Below are positions 10,364-19,773 of a stretch of 64,000 nucleotides of DNA, one piece after another. Position 1 is the first letter of the stretch. Each line of letters begins with the position of its first letter. Source of the DNA: Parcubacteria group bacterium M6-OD1-4. GTDB taxonomy: Bacteria; Patescibacteriota; Patescibacteriia; Patescibacteriales; UBA12465. The stretch spans positions 124,630 through 188,629 of the forward strand of contig LSNS01000004.1 of NCBI GenBank assembly GCA_003056205.1, written 5' to 3'. A program made the position numbers and the translations under genes. The notes beneath the pieces were generated by a model. The model was not told the origin of the DNA. It was given only the letters and a program-made list of their open reading frames with translations, and searched no databases.

Positions 10364-12727
10364 TTAAGGTTGAGTATTGCTCGCCGCACTTGAACTTGAA
10401 GTGGCTGCAGGATTGGAAATTCGACTAGGAACTAGTGGCACTGCAGCCGGCGAAGAACTTGCGGAACTAGTGCTGTTTGAACTACCGGGAGTAGTCAGTG
10501 GACTAGAAGGGGAATTTTTATTAAGCAAATTTAAAGTACTAGTTGATGATGAAGCAGAACTTTCAACGGGTATGAAAAAATAATTATTATTAAGAGTCGC
10601 TAATTTAATAGTCGCCAAGGATTTGAAATTTGTTAAATTGTTGATTTTAAGAAACTCATTAGAGAGAGTAATTAAATTATCTCCCACTATTAAACTCCGC
10701 TGAACAGTATTATGATAATAATTAATTCCATTCCAAGAGTCTTGCGGGCTAAATTGACCGGGAACAAAATGTTTAATTTTAGTTTGAAGACTAATTTTAT
10801 TACTCGCAACATTAAAAACAAAAGAACCAATAAAACTTAAATTATTATTCTGATTATGCTGATTAAATGGTAAAACTAACAAATTTCGAGTAGGAGAATA
10901 TAATAAGGCTTGATGATCTTGAAAAGCAATGGAATTACCAGTCGCTTTGCTAATTAAATAACTGGATAATTCCTGAGGCTTATTCAAATTAGAGAAATCA
11001 AATAACGACCAGGTTAGGCCCTTGGCACTCGTCCCGTCACTATAAGAAACCTCTCCTTGACGACTGAGAACGGCAAACTTAGTTCCATTAGCATCCAAGG
11101 CTTGTAAATAGTTGTCAGTCCCCGGAATTTGAATCGCTCCTAAAACTACAGGCTGGTGAAAATTAGCCAAACTAATGACAAATAGCGGATCTTGCGATTT
11201 AGAAGTAATAAAATACAAACGATTTCCCAAAAAACTAACATTAATAATTTTCTGAGTGGTCATCAAATTTTGTAAACTACCAACAATTTTCAATTGCGAA
11301 TCTAGAACATAAACATTGGTATAATAATTGTCTCCCTTTTTATTTAAATTTAAAGCCAGCGGATTACTGTTGGTGACTAAACGTAAGTAATCGCCACTCT
11401 GATTTAAAGCAGCTTGAGCGAAAATTGTGCCCCGAACTTCTGCCGAATTCTGATAAGTTAGCTGATCATTCTTAATGATGAATTTATAAAGAAAAGTTTT
11501 GTCTTGAGATTTAAAAGCCTGAATAAATTTTTGTTGAGTAATACTGGTAATTAATTTTTGCCAAGTTTTCTGTGAAGCGTCCCCTAAAGATGCTAAATAA
11601 TTATCCAAAATTTGCGTAATTTTAAGTCTCTTTTCATTATTAGTTAACAAAAATTGAGGACTTAAAGTAATCTTATTAATTTCGGTTTGAATTTTGGAAC
11701 CTAATTTTGAATAAAGTAATTTTTGTTTGGCTTGTTGTTCAAGACGATAATAGTTAGGAAACTGAGAATAAGTAATATATAGACCATTAGAACTTAAATA
11801 AAATTTCTGTTGATTGTTGGCTAAATAAACTTCTCCACTTAAGGCTTGAGTATTGTCTAGCATATTAATCGTCGTCACACTGGTGAAATTATAGGAAGAA
11901 TAAGGAATATTAAAATAATAAATTGTCGGGGTAAAACAGTTTGCCAGATCTACACAGTCATTAGATAATATCTGACCATTATTTAAAATTCGTGGTAATA
12001 GCGGTTCAGATGGTAAATAAGATACTGGGATTCTAGTAATAAAATAAAGATTATGACCAATCAAACGAGCTTTTAAATAGTGCCCTTCAAAGCTCAGATT
12101 ACGAGTCTCTTTAGGTTGAGCAGGATTGCTGAGATCAAAAATCTTCAAAAAAGTATAAATATTCTGACGTCGGAAATTCTGATAAATTGCTTGTTGTGAA
12201 ATTTGGGTATCTTGACCATAGATTGCCAAGAAGTTCCCTGACAAAATCATCGCCTGCGGATGAGATTTAAAAATAATTTTACTAACAATTTTAGCCGCTG
12301 AAGCTGGTGAAGTATTAATAATAAACAACTCGTTACGCACTAAAGCATAAACATAATTACCATTGCTCTGAATAGTATTAGCTGACCCAGCAACTAGCTT
12401 AGTTGTTTCCGGCCAAGCCCTTAAATAATTATTAGGAACATTGCGATGAGAATCAAGCGCCAGACTTGAAGATGTTGAAAAACTACTAGTTAAAGGACGA
12501 TGATTATTTAAAAACTCTGCCAATTTAGAATAATTTTTAAATTTTTCAATTTTATTATTATAAATAATCGCTGGAGTAGTTGTGGAAATAATAGTTGCCG
12601 ATTTAAGCGGAGTTTTGACAGAAGTGGGGGTGGTCTTTTTCGGACTTGTTAAAGAAAAAGAGCAAGCGCTAGTTGTTAAAGCTACTACCCCTAATATTAT
12701 AAATAAGATGAAAAATCTTTTCGACAT
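10364..12727 (-). CDS. Putative lipoprotein with a beta-propeller-type extracellular domain and a Ser/Thr/Pro-rich C-terminal tail
   Basis: Signal peptide with a lipobox-like LTTSAC. The long Asn/Ser/Tyr-rich body has repeated strand-like segments reminiscent of the secreted 'beta propeller domain' family (from memory). The C-terminal ~70 aa are SSASSSTST...SSPAAVPLVPS...SSSSAASNTQP. Confidence 0.5.
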   Translation of the reverse strand: MSKRFFILFIILGVVALTTSACSFSLTSPKKTTPTSVKTPLKSATIISTTTPAIIYNNKIEKFKNYSKLAEFLNNHRPLTSSFSTSSSLALDSHRNVPNNYLRAWPETTKLVAGSANTIQSNGNYVYALVRNELFIINTSPASAAKIVSKIIFKSHPQAMILSGNFLAIYGQDTQISQQAIYQNFRRQNIYTFLKIFDLSNPAQPKETRNLSFEGHYLKARLIGHNLYFITRIPVSYLPSEPLLPRILNNGQILSNDCVDLANCFTPTIYYFNIPYSSYNFTSVTTINMLDNTQALSGEVYLANNQQKFYLSSNGLYITYSQFPNYYRLEQQAKQKLLYSKLGSKIQTEINKITLSPQFLLTNNEKRLKITQILDNYLASLGDASQKTWQKLITSITQQKFIQAFKSQDKTFLYKFIIKNDQLTYQNSAEVRGTIFAQAALNQSGDYLRLVTNSNPLALNLNKKGDNYYTNVYVLDSQLKIVGSLQNLMTTQKIINVSFLGNRLYFITSKSQDPLFVISLANFHQPVVLGAIQIPGTDNYLQALDANGTKFAVLSRQGEVSYSDGTSAKGLTWSLFDFSNLNKPQELSSYLISKATGNSIAFQDHQALLYSPTRNLLVLPFNQHNQNNNLSFIGSFVFNVASNKISLQTKIKHFVPGQFSPQDSWNGINYYHNTVQRSLIVGDNLITLSNEFLKINNLTNFKSLATIKLATLNNNYFFIPVESSASSSTSTLNLLNKNSPSSPLTTPGSSNSTSSASSSPAAVPLVPSRISNPAATSSSSAASNTQP

Positions 12728-12779
12728 AATTAATAAGTCAATATTTAACTAACTTTGATAATTATAACATAAATTTTAT

Positions 12780-13841
12780 TTATTTTCTTGTTTTCCGACG
12801 ATCATCTATAAACCAAAAACCAACCACAATTAAAAGCATTAATAATAAGAGGAAGAGCAGAGCTAAAAATTTACCACGACTCTGTAAAAATAAACCGCTA
12901 AGACCAAATATTAAAGCTAAAAAATAGAAAATTAAAACAGTACTTCTCTGCCCAAGCCCCAAAGATAAAAGGCGATGATGTAAATGTTGACGATCCGCAA
13001 ACTGAAAAGGGTTTTTCCCTTGGATTAGACGACGAATAATAATCCAGACGACATCTAAGACGGGGATGCCCATAATTAATAAAGCAATGGCAATTTTACT
13101 ACCCGAAATAATTGCCAACACCCCCAAGAGATAACCCGTTAATAAAGAACCGCCTTCTCCTAAAAATATTTTAGCTGGATGCCAATTAAAAACTAAAAAA
13201 CCAAGACAAACCCCAGTTAATAAAATAGCCGCAAAGGCAATGTCTGGTTGATAATAACGCGTCGTCAAAGTAAATAGAAAAATAATGAAACCACCGATTG
13301 CTGTCATCCCTGGAACCAGGCCATCAACACCGTCTAATAATTTGGTAGTATACATCATCCCTAACAACCAAATGATAATTAATGAAGAGGAAAAAATCTT
13401 TAAATTTTGGAGGTTTAAGAAACCGCCAAAAGGATTGGTTAATCTCGCAATTTCTACACCACCAAAAATCAAAGCTAAACTCGCTAGAAGAGGAAAAATA
13501 ATTTGATAACGAGGAGAAAGCTTATATTTATCATCTAAAAAACCACCAATAATAATAATCAGAGCACCAATAAAGAAACCAATTAAATGGCTCCAGTGTA
13601 AATTACCAGCCAAAAAACGTTGGTGGAAAACAAAAAGAAAGAGAAAAAAAGTAGCAAAAATTGCCAGACCACCTAATAATGGGATAGGTCGATGATGAAT
13701 TTTTCTCCCCAGACCCGCTAAATTTCTTTGAAGTGAATCAGGTTGATCAAGAATTTTAAAATAAATTGCTAAGCGTTTTACCAATAAGGTAAAAATAATA
13801 GCGGTCAAGAAAGACGAGGAAAAAATGAAAAAATAAAACAT
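12780..13841 (-). CDS. Polyprenyl-phosphate N-acetylhexosamine-1-phosphate transferase (MraY/WecA family, GT4)
   Basis: About 10 TM segments, with LDDKY, KLLDGVDGL and IFLGEGGS motifs corresponding to the conserved cytoplasmic loops of MraY/WecA. Confidence 0.8.
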   Translation of the reverse strand: MFYFFIFSSSFLTAIIFTLLVKRLAIYFKILDQPDSLQRNLAGLGRKIHHRPIPLLGGLAIFATFFLFLFVFHQRFLAGNLHWSHLIGFFIGALIIIIGGFLDDKYKLSPRYQIIFPLLASLALIFGGVEIARLTNPFGGFLNLQNLKIFSSSLIIIWLLGMMYTTKLLDGVDGLVPGMTAIGGFIIFLFTLTTRYYQPDIAFAAILLTGVCLGFLVFNWHPAKIFLGEGGSLLTGYLLGVLAIISGSKIAIALLIMGIPVLDVVWIIIRRLIQGKNPFQFADRQHLHHRLLSLGLGQRSTVLIFYFLALIFGLSGLFLQSRGKFLALLFLLLLMLLIVVGFWFIDDRRKTRK

Positions 13842-13848
13842 AGTTAAT

Positions 13849-16533
13849 TTATAACTTAACTGCTTTAGCTATATTCACTTTAGCCTGAGAGTTAATAATA
13901 ACAGTATCGCGACGTTTTAGCTGACCAGCAAGAATTTTATTGGCGATAATGTCTTCTACTTTATTTTGTAATAAACGCCGTAAAGGACGAGCGCCAAATT
14001 TTGGATCATAACCTTCTTGAGCTAGAAGACGAACACCATCTTTATCAGCTTTAAGGTTAATGCCCTTTTTACTAAGATTCTTTTTAATCTTTTTCAACAT
14101 TAAAGTGGTCACGGCGACAGTGTCTTCTGGGGTTAATGGTTTAAAAACAATAATTCCATCAAAACGATTAATTAATTCTGGGCGTAAATACTTATTTAAT
14201 TGATTATTAATTAATTCCTGTTGAATTAAATTAATAGCTATTTGAGCTTTAATTTGTTCTTGAATATAAACCGCACCGATATTAGAAGTAGCAATAATGA
14301 TTGACTCGGAAAAACTAATTGTTCGTCCTTGACCATCAGTTAAACGACCATCATCTAATAACTGTAAAAATAGATTTAAAATATCGGGATTAGCTTTTTC
14401 AATTTCGTCTAATAAAATAAGAGAAAATGGTTTCTTACGAACAGCTTCAGTCAAATATCCGAGAGTGCCATCAACATCACCGATCATCTTTCGCACACTA
14501 TCAGCTGACTGATATTCACTCATATCTAAACGAATTAGATAATCCTCATCCCCAAAATAGACTTCGGAAATTGACTTTGCTAATTCGGTTTTTCCAACTC
14601 CAGTTGGTCCTAAAAATAAGAAACTAGCAATTGGTCGTTTACTGTCTTTGAGTTCGGCCCGGGCTCGTCGCAGAGAGGCAGACACCGCCTTCACTGCTTC
14701 ATCTTGACCAATTAAACGTCGATGGATTTCTGTTTCTAAATTTAACAATTTTTTGCTTTCAGAGGCAGTTACTTTACTCACTGGAATACCAGTTAATTCA
14801 CTAATGGCAGCCGCCACTTCTTCGCGGTCACAAAAACCAGACTCAGGATTATTCTGTAATTTATTGGCAGTAACAATGGCCGCTTTTTCTAATAAATCAA
14901 TCGCTTTTGAGGGCAAAAATTTATCATGTAAATAACGAGCCGAGAGATTAACTGCCGCTTCCAAGGCTCCATAGACAATATAAACATTATATTTTGCTTC
15001 GAAAATTCCGACCTTACTCTCCAACATTTGAATAGCACCATTAGTATCTGGCTCATTGATACCAATAGTGGTTAAAGCATTACCTAAGGGTTTTCCCTCA
15101 ATATAGCGAGTATAGTTCTCAGTAGTGGCTGCTGCTAAACAATAGAGAGCTCGACGTTCTAAAGCATCAGCTAAGACCTCAGACAGATCTAGGCTCTCTT
15201 CCCCACCAGAACTAATGCCAATTAAATTTTCAATATTATTAATGTAAAGAATAATATTACCAGAACGATTAATCTCATTTAAACTCGACAACAAACGTTC
15301 TTCAGCCTCACTAGCATCAGCCCCAGCAACAATTCGCGGAATATCTAGTTCCACCAAACGCTTATCTTTTAAGAAACTGGGGACATTTTCCTCCACCATT
15401 AATTGGGCTAAACCACCAACAATAGTATTCCGCCCTACTCCCGTGGAACCCACTAATAAGACACCACTATGTCCGCCAGTAAAAGCTTCAAAAATCTTTT
15501 GTAATTCTTGATCACGTCCAATACAAACATCTAAAACACCTTGTTTGGCTGAAATTGTTAAATCATGAGAAAAATGATCAAGAGCCGGAGTCGCAATTGC
15601 CGTATAGGCGCGATTCATATTATTACCCGGTTTCAGAATTGCTAAACGTCGGTAATTATGATAATTAGCAACTAATTTTTTATTCACTCTAAACCAGGCA
15701 ACAGTATTAATAATTTTAGCCTCATTAATTTTTAACTCATCGAGAATTTCGGCCAACAGTACATCGCGAGCATAACAAAAAGAAATGATGTTGAGTGGAT
15801 CAACACTCTGCTGTTTAAGTTGATAGGCATCAACAAAAGCTAAAACCAAGACTTCCTGAAGAGCTAAAGACAGGTTTTGTGGATTAGACTTTTTAGTCTG
15901 ACGGGGATTAAGAAGATGATGATCAATTAAATTAACTAATTTCTGAGCATCCACATTCAAGCGAATAAATAAATTTTGAATTTCTTTATTTTTTAACAGA
16001 GCTCGGAATAAATGGATAATTTCAACTTGCTCTTGGCGCAAACGATTAGCTAATGAATAGGCATCTTCAATAATAGCTTGACTAAGCGGAGAATAAGCTT
16101 GAGCAACATCATATTTTTTACTCGTCTTAGTATTGTTCTTGACCTTACTAAACAAACGGAAATTGATTTTTTTCAAAGCAATTTTTTCTTGACTAAAACG
16201 ATAAATAATAAACAGATCAAACCATAAAGATAATAAGAAAAATAAAATTAGGGGACTGGGACGCCGCCAAAAGAATAATAAACTAAAAGGATTGGCTAAA
16301 ATAAGTGCTTGTTCCCGAAAAACCCACAGCCCAAATAAAAACCATCCTCCAAAAATAATCAGCCAAACAATAAAAATAAAAAAACGATCAAATTGCTGAC
16401 GACTTCGTTCTAAGTTAATAATGGACCGCTTCAGAGTTCGTCCCCAAAACAAAAAACGTCCTGAAAACCAGGTACCTCGACCACCACGATCTTGTTCATC
16501 GGTAAAAATTAATTTATCAGCGTCCATATTCAC
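13849..16533 (-). CDS. Hsp100/Clp-family AAA+ ATPase with N-terminal TM segments, a degenerate D1 and an intact D2
   Basis: D2 is canonical: [42 protein letters not shown]1 is degenerate: GSTGVGRNT, ILYINNIENL. Clp-N-like repeats follow two hydrophobic N-terminal segments. There is no long M-domain. Confidence 0.85.
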   Translation of the reverse strand: MNMDADKLIFTDEQDRGGRGTWFSGRFLFWGRTLKRSIINLERSRQQFDRFFIFIVWLIIFGGWFLFGLWVFREQALILANPFSLLFFWRRPSPLILFFLLSLWFDLFIIYRFSQEKIALKKINFRLFSKVKNNTKTSKKYDVAQAYSPLSQAIIEDAYSLANRLRQEQVEIIHLFRALLKNKEIQNLFIRLNVDAQKLVNLIDHHLLNPRQTKKSNPQNLSLALQEVLVLAFVDAYQLKQQSVDPLNIISFCYARDVLLAEILDELKINEAKIINTVAWFRVNKKLVANYHNYRRLAILKPGNNMNRAYTAIATPALDHFSHDLTISAKQGVLDVCIGRDQELQKIFEAFTGGHSGVLLVGSTGVGRNTIVGGLAQLMVEENVPSFLKDKRLVELDIPRIVAGADASEAEERLLSSLNEINRSGNIILYINNIENLIGISSGGEESLDLSEVLADALERRALYCLAAATTENYTRYIEGKPLGNALTTIGINEPDTNGAIQMLESKVGIFEAKYNVYIVYGALEAAVNLSARYLHDKFLPSKAIDLLEKAAIVTANKLQNNPESGFCDREEVAAAISELTGIPVSKVTASESKKLLNLETEIHRRLIGQDEAVKAVSASLRRARAELKDSKRPIASFLFLGPTGVGKTELAKSISEVYFGDEDYLIRLDMSEYQSADSVRKMIGDVDGTLGYLTEAVRKKPFSLILLDEIEKANPDILNLFLQLLDDGRLTDGQGRTISFSESIIIATSNIGAVYIQEQIKAQIAINLIQQELINNQLNKYLRPELINRFDGIIVFKPLTPEDTVAVTTLMLKKIKKNLSKKGINLKADKDGVRLLAQEGYDPKFGARPLRRLLQNKVEDIIANKILAGQLKRRDTVIINSQAKVNIAKAVKL

Positions 16534-16558
16534 GGATTATTTTAATAAAAAATAGTTT

Positions 16559-16930
16559 TTATAGTCTTGAAAACTGAAACCATAGAGCATAAAGTAGAAA
16601 AATTGGAAAAGTTAACCAAACAATTATAATCAATAATAGAAATAAAGATAGAACGAGTAGGGCGGTTCCCCGAATAATGATTTGGACACTCCGCATTAAA
16701 AAACTAATTAGCCGACTGACAAAATCTCGCTGACCATACATTGGTACAAAAATATTCTTCAACCAAATAAAAAAACCCAAAGCTTCTTCTTGATTATGTA
16801 AAAATTTTCCTAGAATTAACAATAAACGTCCAAAACCAACGCTATACCACCATAATGGAAAATACAAAATTTCTCCAATAATTTGCATAATGATTTTAAC
16901 ACTATAACTTAAAAAATTATGTTCAGTCAT
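16559..16930 (-). CDS. Small polytopic membrane protein, first gene of the Clp-like operon
   Basis: 123 aa with 3-4 hydrophobic helices. It lies 25 nt upstream of the Clp-like gene on the same strand. Confidence 0.55.
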   Translation of the reverse strand: MTEHNFLSYSVKIIMQIIGEILYFPLWWYSVGFGRLLLILGKFLHNQEEALGFFIWLKNIFVPMYGQRDFVSRLISFLMRSVQIIIRGTALLVLSLFLLLIIIVWLTFPIFLLYALWFQFSRL

Positions 16931-16969
16931 AAAAATTTAGAAAATAAGAATTGATAATTTTTCATTAGT

Positions 16970-16999
16970 ATTATACCATAGTAAAAGACGGATTGACAA
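16970..16999 (-). promoter_or_regulatory. Candidate promoter for the minus-strand operon (TTGTCA-18-TATAAT with extended TG)
   Basis: On the minus strand: TTGTCA (16999..16994), an 18-nt spacer ending in TGG, and TATAAT (16975..16970). The -35 overlaps the clpB -35 on the opposite strand. Confidence 0.45.
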
Positions 17000-17021
17000 C
17001 TCATAATTCTTATATTATGAT
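16993..17021 (+). promoter_or_regulatory. Candidate clpB promoter (TTGACA-17-TATGAT)
   Basis: TTGACA at 16993-16998, a 17-nt spacer, TATGAT at 17016-17021. CIRCE starts 5 nt downstream. Confidence 0.55.
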
Positions 17022-17026
17022 GTTAA

Positions 17027-17053
17027 TTAGCACTCTTAGTCAGAGAGTGCTAA
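17027..17053 (+). promoter_or_regulatory. CIRCE operator (HrcA-binding inverted repeat), perfect match to consensus
   Basis: TTAGCACTC-N9(TTAGTCAGA)-GAGTGCTAA, located between the -10 element and the clpB start codon. Confidence 0.85.
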
Positions 17054-17080
17054 GAAAAAACAATAATAAATACTAAATAT

Positions 17081-19717
17081 ATGTTTAATAAATTTACCGA
17101 TAAATCACAAGAAGCGATTATCAATTCGCAAGTTATTGCTTCAAATTATGGTCAAGCAAATATTGAGGCCCTCCATATTCTCTTAGCTTTATTACAACAA
17201 AGTGAGAGTCTGATAAAGCCCGTCCTCGAGAAAATGAAAATTGATCCAGAAATAATTGAAGAATACACATTGAAAGCGATTCAAAGATTACCGAGGATAA
17301 AAATTGACCCCCAAACTGGACCGCTCCAGGCGGTTTCGGGAACAGCCGAGACGGCTTTAATTTTAGAACGAGCTAAAAAAGAAGCCGACGGCATGAAAGA
17401 TGAATTTGTTTCTACAGAACACATCATGTTAGCTTTAATTGGTATTAGTTCCCCAGCCCAAGAAGTTCTCTTAAACTTCAAAGTAGAATATCAAACGGTA
17501 AAAAATATTCTCAAAGATCTCCGCGGATCGCAAACTATTACTGATCCTTTTCCAGAAAATAAATACAAAGTTTTAGAAAAATACACTACAAATCTAACTA
17601 AACTAGCGCACCAAGAAAAACTTGATCCAGTTATTGGACGAGATCAGGAGATTCGGAGAATTATGCAGGTTCTACTCCGTCGAACAAAGAATAATCCAGT
17701 TTTAATTGGTGAAGCGGGAACTGGAAAAACCGCTATTGTAGAAGGTTTAGCTCAACGAATTGTGGCTGGCGATGTTCCTGAGAATTTAAAAAATAAAGAA
17801 ATTGTTACTCTTGATTTAGGAGCTTTAGTCGCTGGTGCTAAATTTCGTGGTGAATTTGAAGACCGTTTGAAAGCGGTTTTGAAAGAAGTTAAATCACAAA
17901 ACGGTAAAATAATTCTATTTATTGATGAATTACATACTTTAATTGGAGCCGGTGGTTCTGAAGGAGCAATTGATGCCTCTAACATGTTAAAACCGGCTTT
18001 AGCACGAGGTGAATTGCGAACAATTGGAGCAACTACTACTAAAGAATACCAAAAATATATTGAACGGGATGCCGCTTTAGAACGACGTTTCCAACCTATT
18101 TATGTTAAAGAGCCCAGTATTGATGACGCGATCAGCATGTTACGGGGTTTAAAAGAAAAATATGAAGTTCATCATGGAGTGCGAATTACTGATAATGCTT
18201 TAATCACGGCAGTTAAGCTCGCTGACCGCTATATTAGTGATCGTTTCCTACCAGATAAAGCAGTGGATTTAATTGACGAAGCAACTTCTTCTTTACGTAT
18301 GGAAATTGATTCCATGCCTGATGAATTAGATCAATTAAAGCGCAAAATAAATCAATTAAAATTAAATAAAGCTGGCTTGGAAACCAATAATAAGAAATCA
18401 CCAAAACTACGTCCATTAAAAATAGAATTAGCGGGTTTAAAGGAAAAAGCGGATCAATTAGAATTACATTGGAATAATGAAAAAAATATTATCTCCCAAA
18501 TTCGCAATTCTAAAAAAGAAATAGAAGATTTGAAAATTAAGGCTGAAATTGGTCAACGCCAAGGAGCAGACTTAACGGAGGTGGCTAAAATTAAATATAG
18601 TTTAATTCCTCATCTTGAAAATAAAATTAAAGAATCACAAGAAGAATTATTAAAAATTCAAAATAAAGGACAACGAATTCTTAAAGAGGAAGTTGACGAA
18701 GAAGATATTGCTAAAGTTGTTGCCCGCTGGACTGGTATTCCGCTCAATCGGATGCTACAAGATGAAATCAGAAAATTAAGTAATATCGAAAATGAACTGG
18801 GACAAGAAATCATCGGACAAGATGACGCTATCAAAGCCGTCGCCAACGCTCTCCGTCGTAGTCGAGCCGGAATTAATGAAGAAAAAAAACCAATTGGATC
18901 TTTTATGTTTGTTGGTCCATCAGGAGTTGGTAAGACAGAATTAGCGAAAGCTTTAGCTCGTTTTATGTTTGATGATGAAAAAGCTTTAATTCGCTTAGAC
19001 ATGAGTGAATTTATGGAAAAACACTCCGTTGCTAAATTAATTGGTTCCCCTCCGGGTTATGTCGGTTATGACGAAGGAGGACAATTAACTGATAAAGTTC
19101 GCCGCCGACCATATAGTGTGGTTCTCTTTGATGAAATTGAAAAGGCTCATCCTGACATGTTTAACATGTTGCTACAGATTCTCGATGATGGACGCCTGAC
19201 AGATTCTAAGGGACGGGTAGTTAATTTTAAGAATACTATCATTATCATGACTTCCAATTTGGGAAATGAAATTATTAAACAGTATTCCATCGGTTTTTCG
19301 GATACTAATGATCAACCCAAAAATAGTAAATTACGAGAAAAAGAGATGCAAGAAAAAATTGATAAGATATTAAGAAAGAATTTTAAATTAGAATTCTTAA
19401 ACCGTATTGATGAAATTATTCTCTTTAAGAGCTTGGACCCTCAAGCCTTGGAAAAAATAGTAGACTTAGAAATACTAAAGGTAGAAAAAAGATTAAATAA
19501 TAAAAATATTACGGTTAAAGTTGGTTCAAAAATAAAAAAACTATTAGCTAAAAAAGGTTACGACATTACTTACGGTGCTCGTCCTTTAAAACGGATTATT
19601 CAAACTATGATCTTGGATGAGCTCGCAGTAGAAATTGTCAAAGGAAAGATAAAAGATGGTGATAAAGTAAAAATTAATCTCAATACTCAAGAAAAAGTAA
19701 GTTTAAAAATTAATTAA
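17081..19717 (+). CDS. clpB: Chaperone/disaggregase ClpB
   Basis: Two canonical AAA+ modules ([31 protein letters not shown]; [22 protein letters not shown]) and a long coiled-coil M-domain between them; 878 aa. Confidence 0.95.
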   Translation: MFNKFTDKSQEAIINSQVIASNYGQANIEALHILLALLQQSESLIKPVLEKMKIDPEIIEEYTLKAIQRLPRIKIDPQTGPLQAVSGTAETALILERAKKEADGMKDEFVSTEHIMLALIGISSPAQEVLLNFKVEYQTVKNILKDLRGSQTITDPFPENKYKVLEKYTTNLTKLAHQEKLDPVIGRDQEIRRIMQVLLRRTKNNPVLIGEAGTGKTAIVEGLAQRIVAGDVPENLKNKEIVTLDLGALVAGAKFRGEFEDRLKAVLKEVKSQNGKIILFIDELHTLIGAGGSEGAIDASNMLKPALARGELRTIGATTTKEYQKYIERDAALERRFQPIYVKEPSIDDAISMLRGLKEKYEVHHGVRITDNALITAVKLADRYISDRFLPDKAVDLIDEATSSLRMEIDSMPDELDQLKRKINQLKLNKAGLETNNKKSPKLRPLKIELAGLKEKADQLELHWNNEKNIISQIRNSKKEIEDLKIKAEIGQRQGADLTEVAKIKYSLIPHLENKIKESQEELLKIQNKGQRILKEEVDEEDIAKVVARWTGIPLNRMLQDEIRKLSNIENELGQEIIGQDDAIKAVANALRRSRAGINEEKKPIGSFMFVGPSGVGKTELAKALARFMFDDEKALIRLDMSEFMEKHSVAKLIGSPPGYVGYDEGGQLTDKVRRRPYSVVLFDEIEKAHPDMFNMLLQILDDGRLTDSKGRVVNFKNTIIIMTSNLGNEIIKQYSIGFSDTNDQPKNSKLREKEMQEKIDKILRKNFKLEFLNRIDEIILFKSLDPQALEKIVDLEILKVEKRLNNKNITVKVGSKIKKLLAKKGYDITYGARPLKRIIQTMILDELAVEIVKGKIKDGDKVKINLNTQEKVSLKIN

Positions 19718-19738
19718 GTAAAGACCTGAGAGAAGTTT

Positions 19739-19767
19739 TTGTTCTAAATCAGAAAATATACTATAAT
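19739..19767 (+). promoter_or_regulatory. Candidate promoter TTGTTC-17-TATAAT placed 6 nt before the ATG (possible leaderless mRNA)
   Basis: TTGTTC at 19739-19744 and TATAAT at 19762-19767. The ATG at 19774 is 7 nt after the last -10 base. Confidence 0.4.
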
Positions 19768-19773
19768 ACCACC

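Noticed and set aside
10377-10583. A + strand 68-aa ORF antisense to the 3' end of the beta-propeller gene
   Set aside because: It is created by the GC-richer Ser/Thr/Pro-coding tail of the real gene and has an Ala/Gly/Glu/Leu shadow composition.
17281-19002. Four minus-strand ORFs (17281..17481, 17752..17985, 18234..18416, 18658..19002) inside clpB
   Set aside because: They are antisense to a fully conserved clpB reading frame and carry no motifs, so I treat them as shadow ORFs. The same reasoning applies to the other short antisense track ORFs: 13285..13506, 14427..14627, 14753..14935, 20296..20496, 22181..22411, 24352..24555, 27219..27458, 29330..29584, 32361..32549, 36101..36286, 44032..44214, 44608..44841, 44951..45151, 48094..48303, 49975..50193, 51688..51882, 52480..52734, 53411..53662, 54955..55212, 60944..61156, 61385..61651 and 63233..63445.
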